From assembly GCA_963821965.1 (NCBI GenBank), contig CAWGFY010000007.1, positions 210,887 through 274,886 on the forward strand: a stretch of 64,000 nt of DNA. Direction: 5' to 3'. Shown in pieces: positions 50,414 to 59,731 of this stretch; positions within the stretch are counted from its first letter, which is position 1; each line of letters begins with the position of its first letter. A program made the translations under genes and the position numbers. Below the pieces are notes generated by a model. The model had not been told where the DNA came from and did not search any database. It saw only the letters and a program-made list of their open reading frames with translations. Source of the stretch: an uncultured Alphaproteobacteria bacterium. GTDB taxonomy: Bacteria > Pseudomonadota > Alphaproteobacteria > Rhizobiales > Xanthobacteraceae.

Positions 50414-50529
50414 CGGATCGTCACGTCAGAGGTTCCGATTTGCGTCGCAGCACGCTTCGCGAATTCGTGCCGGGGAATATCCTGTTGCACGCCCGGATTG
50501 AGAAGCATAGCATTTTAACGGGCGAGGTG

Positions 50530-51441
50530 ATGCAAACCGAACACGGCAAACTAATGACTCATGATCTAGCAAGCCGCCGCCTGACGATCGCGCTTCTCGC
50601 GATCGTCGCAGTGTTTATCGGTCAGGGTCGTGCACACGCGCAATCCGACCATGAAGGTCTCGATCTCTCGATCGAGCTCGTCGATCCCAAGGTGCTGAGG
50701 GTCTGCGCCGATCCGCGCAACCTGCCTTTCTCGAACGAGAAAGGTGAGGGCTTCGAGAACAAGCTCGCCGAGCTGTTTGCTGCCAAGCTGCAGAAGCGGC
50801 TCGACTACATGTACTTCCCGCAGGCGACCGGCTTCGTCCGCGTCACGCTCGGCGCGCATCGCTGCGACGTGATCATGGGCTTTCCGCAAGGCGACGATCT
50901 CGTCCAGGGAACCAATCCGTATTACCGCACGGCCTACGCACTGGTCTCGAAGCAGGGCTCCGGTCTCGAAGAGGTCACGGCGCTCAACGACGCGCGCCTG
51001 AAGGGCAGGCACATCGGTATCGTTGCCGGCACGCCGCCCGGCACCAACATGGCGGCCAACGGATTGATGGCGAACGCAAAGCCCTATCCGTTGATGATCG
51101 ACACCCGCGTCGATTCGTCGGCACAAGCCATGATTAACGATCTCACCAAGGGCGAGATAGATGCCGGTGTCCTCTGGGGACCGATGGCGGGCTTTTACGC
51201 CAAGAAATCCGATCCGCCGTTGCACGTCACGCCGCTGGTAAAGGAGACCACGGGGCCCCAGTTGATCTATCGCATCGGCATGGGCGTCCGCCGGGCCGAC
51301 CAGAATTGGAAGCGGCTGCTCAATCGGTTGATCCAGGAGAACCAGCCGGAGATCAACAAAATCCTGGCCGGCTACGGCGTTCCCTTGCTCGACGAGAACA
51401 ACCAGTCGATCTCCGCGGAGACCGCGACCAAGTCGCCATGA
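50530..51441 (+). CDS. xoxJ: XoxJ/MxaJ-like periplasmic binding protein
   Basis: LRVCADPRNLPFS, GFENK-AE, PYYRTAY, LWGP-AG. Confidence 0.8.
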   Translation: MQTEHGKLMTHDLASRRLTIALLAIVAVFIGQGRAHAQSDHEGLDLSIELVDPKVLRVCADPRNLPFSNEKGEGFENKLAELFAAKLQKRLDYMYFPQATGFVRVTLGAHRCDVIMGFPQGDDLVQGTNPYYRTAYALVSKQGSGLEEVTALNDARLKGRHIGIVAGTPPGTNMAANGLMANAKPYPLMIDTRVDSSAQAMINDLTKGEIDAGVLWGPMAGFYAKKSDPPLHVTPLVKETTGPQLIYRIGMGVRRADQNWKRLLNRLIQENQPEINKILAGYGVPLLDENNQSISAETATKSP

Positions 51442-52007
51442 TACGCACCATCGCCAGCCTGGCGCTTGCAATCGCCGCGTTCGCGGCGGCGGTGCGCGCG
51501 CAGGAGGTCGTGCGCGAGCCCGAGGGCTATCGCACCGAAGACTATCGCGCGCCGGTCCCGGCAACGCTGGCCGGAGGACGCGTGCTCACCACCACGGAAG
51601 CCGAAGCGATCTGGCGCGCCAAGAGCGGCGTCTTTATCGACGTGCTGCCGCGCCCGCCGAAGCCATCGAACCTGCCGGCAGGCACTCTGTGGCGCGACAA
51701 GCCGCGCTTCAATATTCCAGGCAGCGTCTGGTTGCCGGACACCGGTTACGGCGAGCTCGCGGACGCGACGGAGAACTATCTGCGGCAAGGCGTGATCCGG
51801 GCATCCGGCGACAATCGCGCTGCGCTGATCGTGGTGTACTGCCAGGCCAATTGCTGGATGTCGTGGAATGCCGCCAAGCGGATTCTGTCCTGGGGCTATT
51901 CCAACGTGGCCTGGTATCCCGAAGGCACCGACGGCTGGCAGCGCGCCAATCTGCCGACGGTGGAATCGCAGCCGGAGCCGCGCCCGGGCGAGAAAAGCGA
52001 GAAGTAG
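51438..52007 (+). CDS. PQQ-catabolism-associated CXXCW rhodanese-like protein
   Basis: YCQANCWMSWNAAKR, IPGSVWLP, WYPEGTDGW; ATGA overlap with the upstream gene. Confidence 0.9.
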   Translation: MIRTIASLALAIAAFAAAVRAQEVVREPEGYRTEDYRAPVPATLAGGRVLTTTEAEAIWRAKSGVFIDVLPRPPKPSNLPAGTLWRDKPRFNIPGSVWLPDTGYGELADATENYLRQGVIRASGDNRAALIVVYCQANCWMSWNAAKRILSWGYSNVAWYPEGTDGWQRANLPTVESQPEPRPGEKSEK

Positions 52008-52010
52008 CGG

Positions 52011-52625
52011 CTATTCGATGTCCTGCTGGATGGCGCGGCCCAGCGCAAACAGGCGCTGATCGAGCGCGGTCGGCACGTCGCAAACGAATTTCACGACGCG
52101 GCGCCGGTCTTCGAAGATCCGCGTCTCCCAGACCAACTGATTGCCGAGCTCGTCGATCTTCGGCTGGTCGGGAGGCGTCGCGTCCTGCAGCGCTTGCAGG
52201 GCCAGCGTGTCGGCGCGGATCTTGTCCGCCGCCTGGCGCTGCTTGCGCGTCACCCGCTCGAGTCCGCCCATGACCGACGAACGTTCGGCGTTCAGCCGCT
52301 CGAACAGGCCGGCAAACAGCAGCTTGCCCGCCGCCACCTTGTCGGTTCCGGGCGAGGCGAGATAGTCCGTGATCGCCTTCTGGGCGTCGTCGAGCGGCGT
52401 CCGTCTTGCGGCCGCTTTCTCCACCAGTGCGCTAACCTTCTCGTCGTCTTTCCATTTCGTCTCGGCGTCGCCGAGCGGCGGTCCGGCCCAGACCGCGGCT
52501 AGCGAAATGTCCGGCACCTTGGCCTGCGCACAGGGCCAGTCCGGATAGCGCGGGTCGGCGGCGGCGCAGAGCGTCGTCGAAGCAGCGAATGCCAGTACCG
52601 TCAGAACCGCAATTCGCGCAATCAT
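52011..52625 (-). CDS. Periplasmic hypothetical protein of PQQ/lanthanide ABC operons
   Basis: Signal peptide, DWPC-Q-KVP, VCDVP; coupled to the permease. Confidence 0.8.
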   Translation of the reverse strand: MIARIAVLTVLAFAASTTLCAAADPRYPDWPCAQAKVPDISLAAVWAGPPLGDAETKWKDDEKVSALVEKAAARRTPLDDAQKAITDYLASPGTDKVAAGKLLFAGLFERLNAERSSVMGGLERVTRKQRQAADKIRADTLALQALQDATPPDQPKIDELGNQLVWETRIFEDRRRVVKFVCDVPTALDQRLFALGRAIQQDIE

Positions 52626-53467
52626 GTCTCGCCTCCGACGGGGCCACGGCGCGCCAGCCCGCGCGACGGATCATAGGCGAAAATCGCGCCGATCATGAAG
52701 GCTGCCGTGCAGCCGCCGACGGCGGCGAGCGATATCCAGTCCATCTTTCCATAGAGCGCAAACCGGATCAGCTCGACGGCGTGAGTGAACGGATTGAACT
52801 GGCAGACGTAGTAGAGCATCGGGCTGCCCTCCTGCACCCGCCAGAGCGGATAAAGAGCTGACGAGGCAAAGAACATCGGAAAGATCACGAAGTTCATGAC
52901 GCCGGCGAAATTTTCCAGCTGCTTGATGCCGGAGGAGATCAGCATGCCGAGCGCGCCGAGCATCAGGCCGGACAGGATCAGCGCGGGCAACACGGTGAGG
53001 TAACCCATAGGCGGCGGCGTGATGTCCCAGAACCAGGCGATCAGAAGGAAAGCGTAGACCTGCAGCAGCGAGACCGCGGTTCCCGCAAGCAGCTTGCAGA
53101 ACAGGAGATACCAGCGTGGCAGCGGGCTGACCAGCAGGGTGCGCATGTTGCCCATCTCGCGGTCGTAGACCATCGAGAGCGAGGATTGCATCCCGTTGAA
53201 CAGCTGGATCATCGCCATCAATCCCGGCGCGATATAGACCTCGTAGAGGATGTAGGTCTCGTAGGGCGGGATGATCGAGATGCCCAGCACCTGGCGGAAT
53301 CCCGCCGCGAAGATGAAGAGCCAGACCAGCGGCCGCACCAGCGCCGAGACGAAGCGTTCGCGCTGATGCAGGAAGCGCAACGCCTCGCGCCAGACGATGC
53401 CGTTGAGGCAGGTGGCATATTGGGCGAGCGAGAAGCCGCGCGGCGTCCCGGTGAAGGTCATGCTCAT
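52622..53467 (-). CDS. ABC-2 permease, PQQ alcohol dehydrogenase system (PedC/LutF-like)
   Basis: SALVRPLVW, SMVYDREMG, QLENFAGVMNFVIFP. Confidence 0.9.
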   Translation of the reverse strand: MSMTFTGTPRGFSLAQYATCLNGIVWREALRFLHQRERFVSALVRPLVWLFIFAAGFRQVLGISIIPPYETYILYEVYIAPGLMAMIQLFNGMQSSLSMVYDREMGNMRTLLVSPLPRWYLLFCKLLAGTAVSLLQVYAFLLIAWFWDITPPPMGYLTVLPALILSGLMLGALGMLISSGIKQLENFAGVMNFVIFPMFFASSALYPLWRVQEGSPMLYYVCQFNPFTHAVELIRFALYGKMDWISLAAVGGCTAAFMIGAIFAYDPSRGLARRGPVGGET

Positions 53468-54270
53468 GAGGCCGGGCTCCGCGCGCCGGTCAGGCGCATG
53501 AAGGCCGAGTTGACGTCGTGCGCGCCGGCGTCAGTCAGCACGCGCGCCACCTCGCCCTGCGCAAGGACCCGGCCCTGATGCAAGATGACGAGGTTGTCGC
53601 TCGGCACGATCTCGTCGAACAGATGCGTCGCCCAGAGCACGCCGATGCCCTGTTCAGTGACGAGCTGCCGCACATGACTGAGGATATCTGCGCGCGCCTT
53701 GACGTCGAGCCCGACGGTGGCCTCATCGAGCAGAAGCAGCCGCGGCCGATGCAGCAGCGCGCGCGCGATCTCGAGCCGGCGCATCTGCCCGCCAGAGATG
53801 TCGCGCACCTTGCTGCCGGAGCGGTCGGCAAGCCCGATCCGCGCCAACTCTTCCTCGGCTCTCGCTCGCGCGTCGCGCCGGCCGATGCCGTGCAGCGCGG
53901 CGTGGTAGAGCAGGTTTTGCATCACCGAGAGATCGAGGTCGAGCGTGCGCGGCTGGAACACCACGCCGAGCAGCCGCAGCGCTTCGCCGGGCGTGCGGCC
54001 GATGTCGTGACCAAAGATAGCGATCTGTCCGGCCTGGATTCCGAACAGCCGGGTCACCAGCGAGAACAGCGTGCTCTTGCCGGCGCCGTTGAGACCGAGC
54101 AGGGCGGTGAAGCTCGCGGGCGCCACGCTGAAGCCGACGTCAATCAAGGCGCGACGGGCGCCATAGGAATGACTGACACCTGCAATCGACAGAGCCGGTG
54201 TCCTCGCAGCCTCGCTCGGTGCGGAAACGTCCGGGACCGCGGCTACGCTATGGGCGTCAGTTGTCGTCAT
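53464..54270 (-). CDS. ABC ATP-binding protein, PQQ alcohol dehydrogenase system (PedB/LutE-like)
   Basis: GLNGAGKST, ISGGQMRR, LLLDEATVGLD, WATH. Confidence 0.9.
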   Translation of the reverse strand: MTTTDAHSVAAVPDVSAPSEAARTPALSIAGVSHSYGARRALIDVGFSVAPASFTALLGLNGAGKSTLFSLVTRLFGIQAGQIAIFGHDIGRTPGEALRLLGVVFQPRTLDLDLSVMQNLLYHAALHGIGRRDARARAEEELARIGLADRSGSKVRDISGGQMRRLEIARALLHRPRLLLLDEATVGLDVKARADILSHVRQLVTEQGIGVLWATHLFDEIVPSDNLVILHQGRVLAQGEVARVLTDAGAHDVNSAFMRLTGARSPAS

Positions 54271-55256
54271 GGCGATATCGTCACGCCCCAGGGCAGTTCG
54301 CCGACCTGGATCGTCTTGACGACTTTCTGCGCGGCGACGTCGATCACTGAGATGTCGTTGGAGACGCCGTTGGTCACCAGCAGATATTTCTCGTCCGGCG
54401 TGAACGCCATGTGCCAGACCCGCTGACCGACCAGAAGATATTTGGTCACGGCGTGGCTCGCGGCATCGACGACCGCAACGCGGTTGGCCGGGCCGAGCGC
54501 GACGAAGGCGGTCTTGTCGTCTTTGGTGATGCCGATGCCTACCGGCTGGATGGCTTCGCTGCGCAATCCTGGAATGGCGAACGTGACCTTGCCGGTGACC
54601 GCGTGCCTGGCCGGATCGATGATCGAAACGGTGCCGCCGATCTCGGAGGACACCCATAATTCGGAGCCGTCGTGCTTGAACTCGGCAAAGCGCGGGCGCG
54701 AGTCCACCAGCACGTTGGCGACCACCTGGCGCGTCGCGGTGTCGATGAAGTGCGCCATATTGGTCGTCTCCGAGGTATTGATCAGGATCTTGCCGTCCGG
54801 GCTCACCGTCATGCCTTCGGGCTCGACGCCGACCTGGATATCGCCGAGCCGCGTCCGCTTCTGGATGTCGATGACGGTGACGGTGTTGTCGTTCTCGTTG
54901 GCGACGTAGAGGATCTTGCCGGCGGCATCCTGGGTGAAGAGCTCGGGATCGGGGCCTGAGGGCAGGGTGTCCACCACCTGCCGGGTTTTGGTGTCGATCA
55001 CCTGGATGGTGTCGTCGTCGCCGACGGCGACCATCACGAACTTGCCGTCGCGCGTGAATTCGATGCCGCGCGGTCGCTGGCCGACCTTGATGGTGGCCGT
55101 GACGGTCCATGTATCGGTGTCGATGACCGAGACCGTGTTGCCTTTTTCGTTGGAGACATAGGCGACGAAGGCCGAAGCGGGACTTGCGGCGGCCAGCCAC
55201 AGCGCCGAGAGGGGAAGCAGGCACGACCTGCGCATACCCGACCGCTCCGTCATCAT
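54267..55256 (-). CDS. YVTN beta-propeller protein, PQQ-catabolism associated (PedA2/LutB-like)
   Basis: YVSNE, VG-RPRGI, GPDPE, VGVEPEG repeats. Confidence 0.9.
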   Translation of the reverse strand: MMTERSGMRRSCLLPLSALWLAAASPASAFVAYVSNEKGNTVSVIDTDTWTVTATIKVGQRPRGIEFTRDGKFVMVAVGDDDTIQVIDTKTRQVVDTLPSGPDPELFTQDAAGKILYVANENDNTVTVIDIQKRTRLGDIQVGVEPEGMTVSPDGKILINTSETTNMAHFIDTATRQVVANVLVDSRPRFAEFKHDGSELWVSSEIGGTVSIIDPARHAVTGKVTFAIPGLRSEAIQPVGIGITKDDKTAFVALGPANRVAVVDAASHAVTKYLLVGQRVWHMAFTPDEKYLLVTNGVSNDISVIDVAAQKVVKTIQVGELPWGVTISP

Positions 55257-56434
55257 TGCAGCCTGCATTTGGTCTCGGGCCGGTCGACGCCGAGCGTGTC
55301 GAGCTCCGAGACCTGGTGCAGGAATCCTTCCTGCGGCGACACCGACACCACCATGCGCCCGTCGGCGAGCAGGATCGGCTGGCGAAGCTGCAGGTTCCAG
55401 TCCCGCAATGTCAACCGCTGCCCCTTGAAGGCGGCAACGGAAAAATCCTTTCCCTTGATGAAGTCGAATACAGTCTTCGGGTCGCCCGCATTGGTGCGCG
55501 AGACCGTTTCGCCAACCATGCGCGCGGCTGTCCAGGCCTGCATGTCCAGCGCAGTCATGTGCCGCGAATTGAGCTTCAGGAACCGGTTCTGGATCTGGAT
55601 CGCGCCCCACTGGTCATGGGCGGCGTCCCAACTCGTCGGCATCAGGCCGGCCGATCCCGCCACCGGTCGCGGATCCCAGGTGCGATAGGGCAGGTAGGAC
55701 GCAAAGACCTCGCTTTCGTCGGCGGCGACCAGCACGTCATAGGCCGGCGCCTGCTGGGTGAACACCGGCATCTGGCGCTGGATCAGGGTGACGCCGCTGT
55801 CGGTGCGGCGCGCACCGCCGGTGTCCTCGAAGGTTTTTTCCTGCACGATCTTGGCGCCGAACCGCGCCGCGGAGCGACGAAGCGCGTCGGCATAGAGCTT
55901 GTCATTGTCGTGCGAGCCGGCCACCAGCAGCCAGCGCTTCCATTGCTTCCAGACCAGATATTGCGCCAGTGCATCGGCGAGCATCGAGCGCGTCGGCGCG
56001 ACATGAACGATATTGGCGCGGCAGTCCTGCTCGCGCAGCCGATCGTCGATCGCGCCGGCATTGAACAGCACGGTGCCGCGATCGCGCAGGGCATCGGCGG
56101 CATGCAGCAGCTCGTCTGCGGCCAGATCGGCTATGATGAAACCGTCGTGGTCGGCGAGCGAGCTCGCCGCCTTGGCGACGTCGTCGCCGTCCTTGAGCCG
56201 GACCTCGGTCAGCGTAAAATACTGGTTGAGAAACTTGCCGGTGGTGTTGTTGTCCTCGATCGCGAGCAGTGCGCCGGCCACGCCATCATTGTCCGCGGGC
56301 TGTTGGAGCAGCGACAACGTCGACCTGACACCGGCGTGCCTGATATAGCCGATGCCGACTTCGAGCGGATCGGCCGCGAGCGCATGGGTCGCCACCAGGC
56401 TCAGGCCAATCGCGCCGATCAACATCCGGATCAT
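55253..56434 (-). CDS. ABC substrate-binding protein, PQQ alcohol dehydrogenase system (PedA1/LutA-like)
   Basis: DNNTTGKF, MLADALAQYL, WG-IQ-Q-RF, QLRQPI, LDTLGVD-PE--C. Confidence 0.88.
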   Translation of the reverse strand: MIRMLIGAIGLSLVATHALAADPLEVGIGYIRHAGVRSTLSLLQQPADNDGVAGALLAIEDNNTTGKFLNQYFTLTEVRLKDGDDVAKAASSLADHDGFIIADLAADELLHAADALRDRGTVLFNAGAIDDRLREQDCRANIVHVAPTRSMLADALAQYLVWKQWKRWLLVAGSHDNDKLYADALRRSAARFGAKIVQEKTFEDTGGARRTDSGVTLIQRQMPVFTQQAPAYDVLVAADESEVFASYLPYRTWDPRPVAGSAGLMPTSWDAAHDQWGAIQIQNRFLKLNSRHMTALDMQAWTAARMVGETVSRTNAGDPKTVFDFIKGKDFSVAAFKGQRLTLRDWNLQLRQPILLADGRMVVSVSPQEGFLHQVSELDTLGVDRPETKCRLQ

Positions 56435-56608
56435 GGCGTCTCCTTAGTCCTCCTTGCGCGGAGATCCCTTCTTGAATCCTTGGCTTGAAACAAGACCGGA
56501 TCGCCTTGACTTGCAACCCTGCATTTTGTCGTTACTTCGGCGTGAAGTTTGCAGGTCACGATCATGCGAGCGCGTGTTGTGTGCCGCAGCCGCGATAATG
56601 GGTGAGGA

Positions 56609-57454
56609 TCAGGCCTGCAGCCGCTGCGCATGCCAGCGCAGATGATCGCCCATGAAAGTCGAGATGAAATAGTAGCTGTGGTCGTAACCGGGCTGACGAC
56701 GCAGTGTGAGGGGAATGTTTGCCTTCTCGCAGGCGGCTTGCAGTAATTCGGGCTTGAGCTGCTCTGTCAGGAGCTGATCGGCATCGCCATAGTCGACAAG
56801 GAAGCCCGAAAATCGCGCGCCATCCTCGATCAGCGCGACGCTGTCGTGCTTGCGCCAGGCGTCCTTGTTGTTGCCGAGGTAGCCGCCGAGCGCCTTGATG
56901 CCCCACGGCACGCGGGAGGGTGCGACGATCGGCGCAAATGCGCTGGCCGCGCGGTAACGACCGGGATAGTGAAGCGCGGCCGTCAGCGCGCCATGCCCGC
57001 CCATGGAATGTCCCATGATCGATTGCCTGGCGGTATCGACGGGAAAATGTTCCGCGACGAGCCTGGGCAGTTCTTCGGTCACATAGCTCCACATGCGATA
57101 ATTGCGGGAGAACGGTGCTTCGGTCGCATCGACATAAAATCCGGCGCCGAGGCCGAAATCATAGGCGTTTGCGGGATCGCCGGGCACGCCTTCGCCGCGC
57201 GGGCTGGTGTCGGGCGCGACGAAGATCAGCCCGTGCTCGGCGCATGCGCTGCGGAATTCGCCTTTCTCCGTGACATTGGCATGGGTGCAGGTCAGCCCCG
57301 ACAGATACCAGACCGCAGCGAGCTTCGTGCCCTCGCGATGCGCGGGAACGAACACCGAAAACGTCATGTCGGTCTGCGTCATCAGGCTCTTGTGCCGATA
57401 GACGCCCTGGCTGCCGCCATGCGACCGGTTGAGCGACAAGGTTTGCAAGGTCAT
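56609..57454 (-). CDS. fghA: S-formylglutathione hydrolase
   Basis: LSGLTCT, PDTSPRG, GHSMGGHG, GYDHSYYF. Confidence 0.95.
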   Translation of the reverse strand: MTLQTLSLNRSHGGSQGVYRHKSLMTQTDMTFSVFVPAHREGTKLAAVWYLSGLTCTHANVTEKGEFRSACAEHGLIFVAPDTSPRGEGVPGDPANAYDFGLGAGFYVDATEAPFSRNYRMWSYVTEELPRLVAEHFPVDTARQSIMGHSMGGHGALTAALHYPGRYRAASAFAPIVAPSRVPWGIKALGGYLGNNKDAWRKHDSVALIEDGARFSGFLVDYGDADQLLTEQLKPELLQAACEKANIPLTLRRQPGYDHSYYFISTFMGDHLRWHAQRLQA

Positions 57455-57470
57455 AAGCGAATATCCGGCG

Positions 57471-58091
57471 TCAGGAGACGCCGCTCTCGATGGCAAGCCG
57501 CACCAGCTCGGCGGACGTGCGCACCCCGAGCTTCTGACGGATGATCGAGGATGTGTTCGCCACGGTCTTGTAGGGCGAGTGCACCAGCCAAGCGATCTCC
57601 GAGAGGCTCTTGCCTGCGCTGAGCAGACGCAGGATCTCCATTTCGCGCGCGCTGAGCCTGGCGAGCGGGCTTTTGGCGACAGAGGGCCCGGCAAAGGCGA
57701 TGCTTTGCGCAAGTGCCGGCGGCAGATAGACGCTGCCCTTTCCGACCTCGCGGATGGCGTCGACCAGGTCCTGCGGATCGCCGGTCTTGGACACGTATCC
57801 CTTGGCGCCGGTCTCGATCGCGCGCGCGACGAACACGGGATCGTCATTCATGCTGAACATGATGATGCGCGCGGATGCATCGTGCACCAGCAGGCGGCGT
57901 GCCAATTCGAAGCCAGACACCGTTGGCAGATTGATATCGATCACGCAGATGTCGGGATGATCGGCAATGAAGGCTTGCTCCGCGCTCTCTGCGTCTGCGG
58001 CCTCCAGCAGAACAATCCCCGGTTCGTCGGCCAGCACGGTGCGGCAGCCGGACGCCACGATCGGATGATCATCAACGATCAGAACTCGCAT
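57471..58091 (-). CDS. NarL/LuxR-family response regulator (MxcE/MxaB-like)
   Basis: LIVDDH, DINLP, GAKGYVSK, LSAREMEIL HTH. Confidence 0.92.
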   Translation of the reverse strand: MRVLIVDDHPIVASGCRTVLADEPGIVLLEAADAESAEQAFIADHPDICVIDINLPTVSGFELARRLLVHDASARIIMFSMNDDPVFVARAIETGAKGYVSKTGDPQDLVDAIREVGKGSVYLPPALAQSIAFAGPSVAKSPLARLSAREMEILRLLSAGKSLSEIAWLVHSPYKTVANTSSIIRQKLGVRTSAELVRLAIESGVS

Positions 58092-58242
58092 GACCCTGGC
58101 CCGAGCATTCGGTCTGGCTGCTGCACCGCATTGCGTCACGATCAATCCGCCATGCAACTTGGGCGATATTGCGGTACGCTTCATCCGTCTGTCAACGCTG
58201 CTCCCGATCGGGAGCGGAACTCGACGCGGGGGGAAACACGTC

Positions 58243-59602
58243 ATGTGGCAGAGATTGTCATTGCGTGGGCGCATCAATCTGCTTCTCGCGCTGGTGCTGA
58301 CATTGGGCCTTGCCGTCAACGTGGCGCGGCTCGTGCTCGAGGCGGCACCACGCGTGCAGGCCGAGGATCAAAGCGTCACGCGGCTGGCGCGCGAATTTGT
58401 CGAGACCATCGTCGCGGGCTTGCACGAGTTCGCCCGATCCGGAGGCGCGGCTCGACCAGATCGTTCGCGATCTCAAGCGGTTGCGCCATGTCAGCATCGC
58501 CCTGCGCGACGACGGTAAGCAGCCGCAAAACGCTGTCGAAGAGAGCGACGATGCGCAGCCAGTACCGGCCTGGTTCGCCGCGCTCGTGCATCCCGAGAAA
58601 ACCTCGGTCAGCGTGCCGATTTCGATTCACGGCAAGACCACCGCGCTCGTCATCACCTCGATCCCCAACGACGAAATCGCGGAGATCTGGGAGGGGATCG
58701 TGACGCAGCTCGCGGTCGGGTCCGCCGTTGCGGTTGCGCTGTTCCTGGTCACCATGGTCGTCGTCGGCCGCGCGCTGGCGCCGCTGCAAGCGCTGTCGCA
58801 GGCCATGACGAAGATCGAATCCGGCGCCTACGACGTGCGGGTCGAGCCGGGTGGAGCGCCCGAGCTTGCGGCGATCTGCGCGAGACTCAATCATCTTGCC
58901 GCCACCCTGGACGCGGCGGTCGAGGAGAAGAGGCGGCTCGCCGAGCGCACCGTGTCGCTGCAGGACATGGAGCGCAAGGAGATCGCGCGCGAGCTGCATG
59001 ACGAGTTCGGGCCGTATCTGTTCGCGCTGCGGGCGCATGTCGGAGCGCTGATGCGACAGGCGGACGCGCCCGAGCCGGACAGGAGCGCGCTGCGCAGGCA
59101 TGGCGGGGCCATCCTCGATCAGGTCAACGACCTGCAACAGCTCACCCGGCGGATCCTGGAGAAGCTTCGTCCCGTCGGTCTCGCGGAGCTCGGGCTTCGC
59201 GAGGCGTTGGGCGCCTTGCTACGTTTGTGGAACGAATCCCACCCGGACGTCGCCATCGCCACGACGATCTCGGATGCGCTGGGCGAAACTGGCGAGACGG
59301 CCGATCTGACGATCTATCGCGTGGTGCAGGAAGCGCTGACCAATGTGTTTCGTCACGCTGAAGCCACTGCGGTCGATGTGAGTATTGCACCTGCCGTGCG
59401 GCCGGCGGGCTCACGGGACGCACGCGGCTATGCGCTGGTGCGTGTCCGCGACAATGGCTGCGGCCTGAAGTCGGATCACAGGTTCGGCCACGGCCTGACC
59501 GGAATGCGGGAGCGGCTCCTGGCATTGGGCGGAACCCTGACCGTGACCTCGGGCGAGGTCGGAGTCACCATCGAGGCGATGGTGCCCACTTACGCGGGGT
59601 AA
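58243..59602 (+). CDS. HisKA_3 sensor histidine kinase (MxcQ-like), apparent frameshift near 58430
   Basis: Two TM + HAMP, ERKEIARELHDEFG, QEALTNVFRHA, DNGCG, GLTGMRER. Confidence 0.9.
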
Positions 59603-59611
59603 CGGCACGCA

Positions 59612-59627
59612 TCGGGAATTTTCCCGA
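59612..59627. promoter_or_regulatory. 7-2-7 palindrome upstream of the TonB receptor
   Basis: TCGGGAA-TT-TTCCCGA perfect inverted repeat; related half-site CCGGGAC 21 bp downstream. Confidence 0.55.
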
Positions 59628-59731
59628 ATCGTCCGGGACCTTTTAAGGATGCGCGCCGTCGTGCGCCGACTACTATCGACGTTTCCGAAACCGGCGGGAC
59701 AGAACAAGCCGGACGGAATGGGGCGTGGCAG

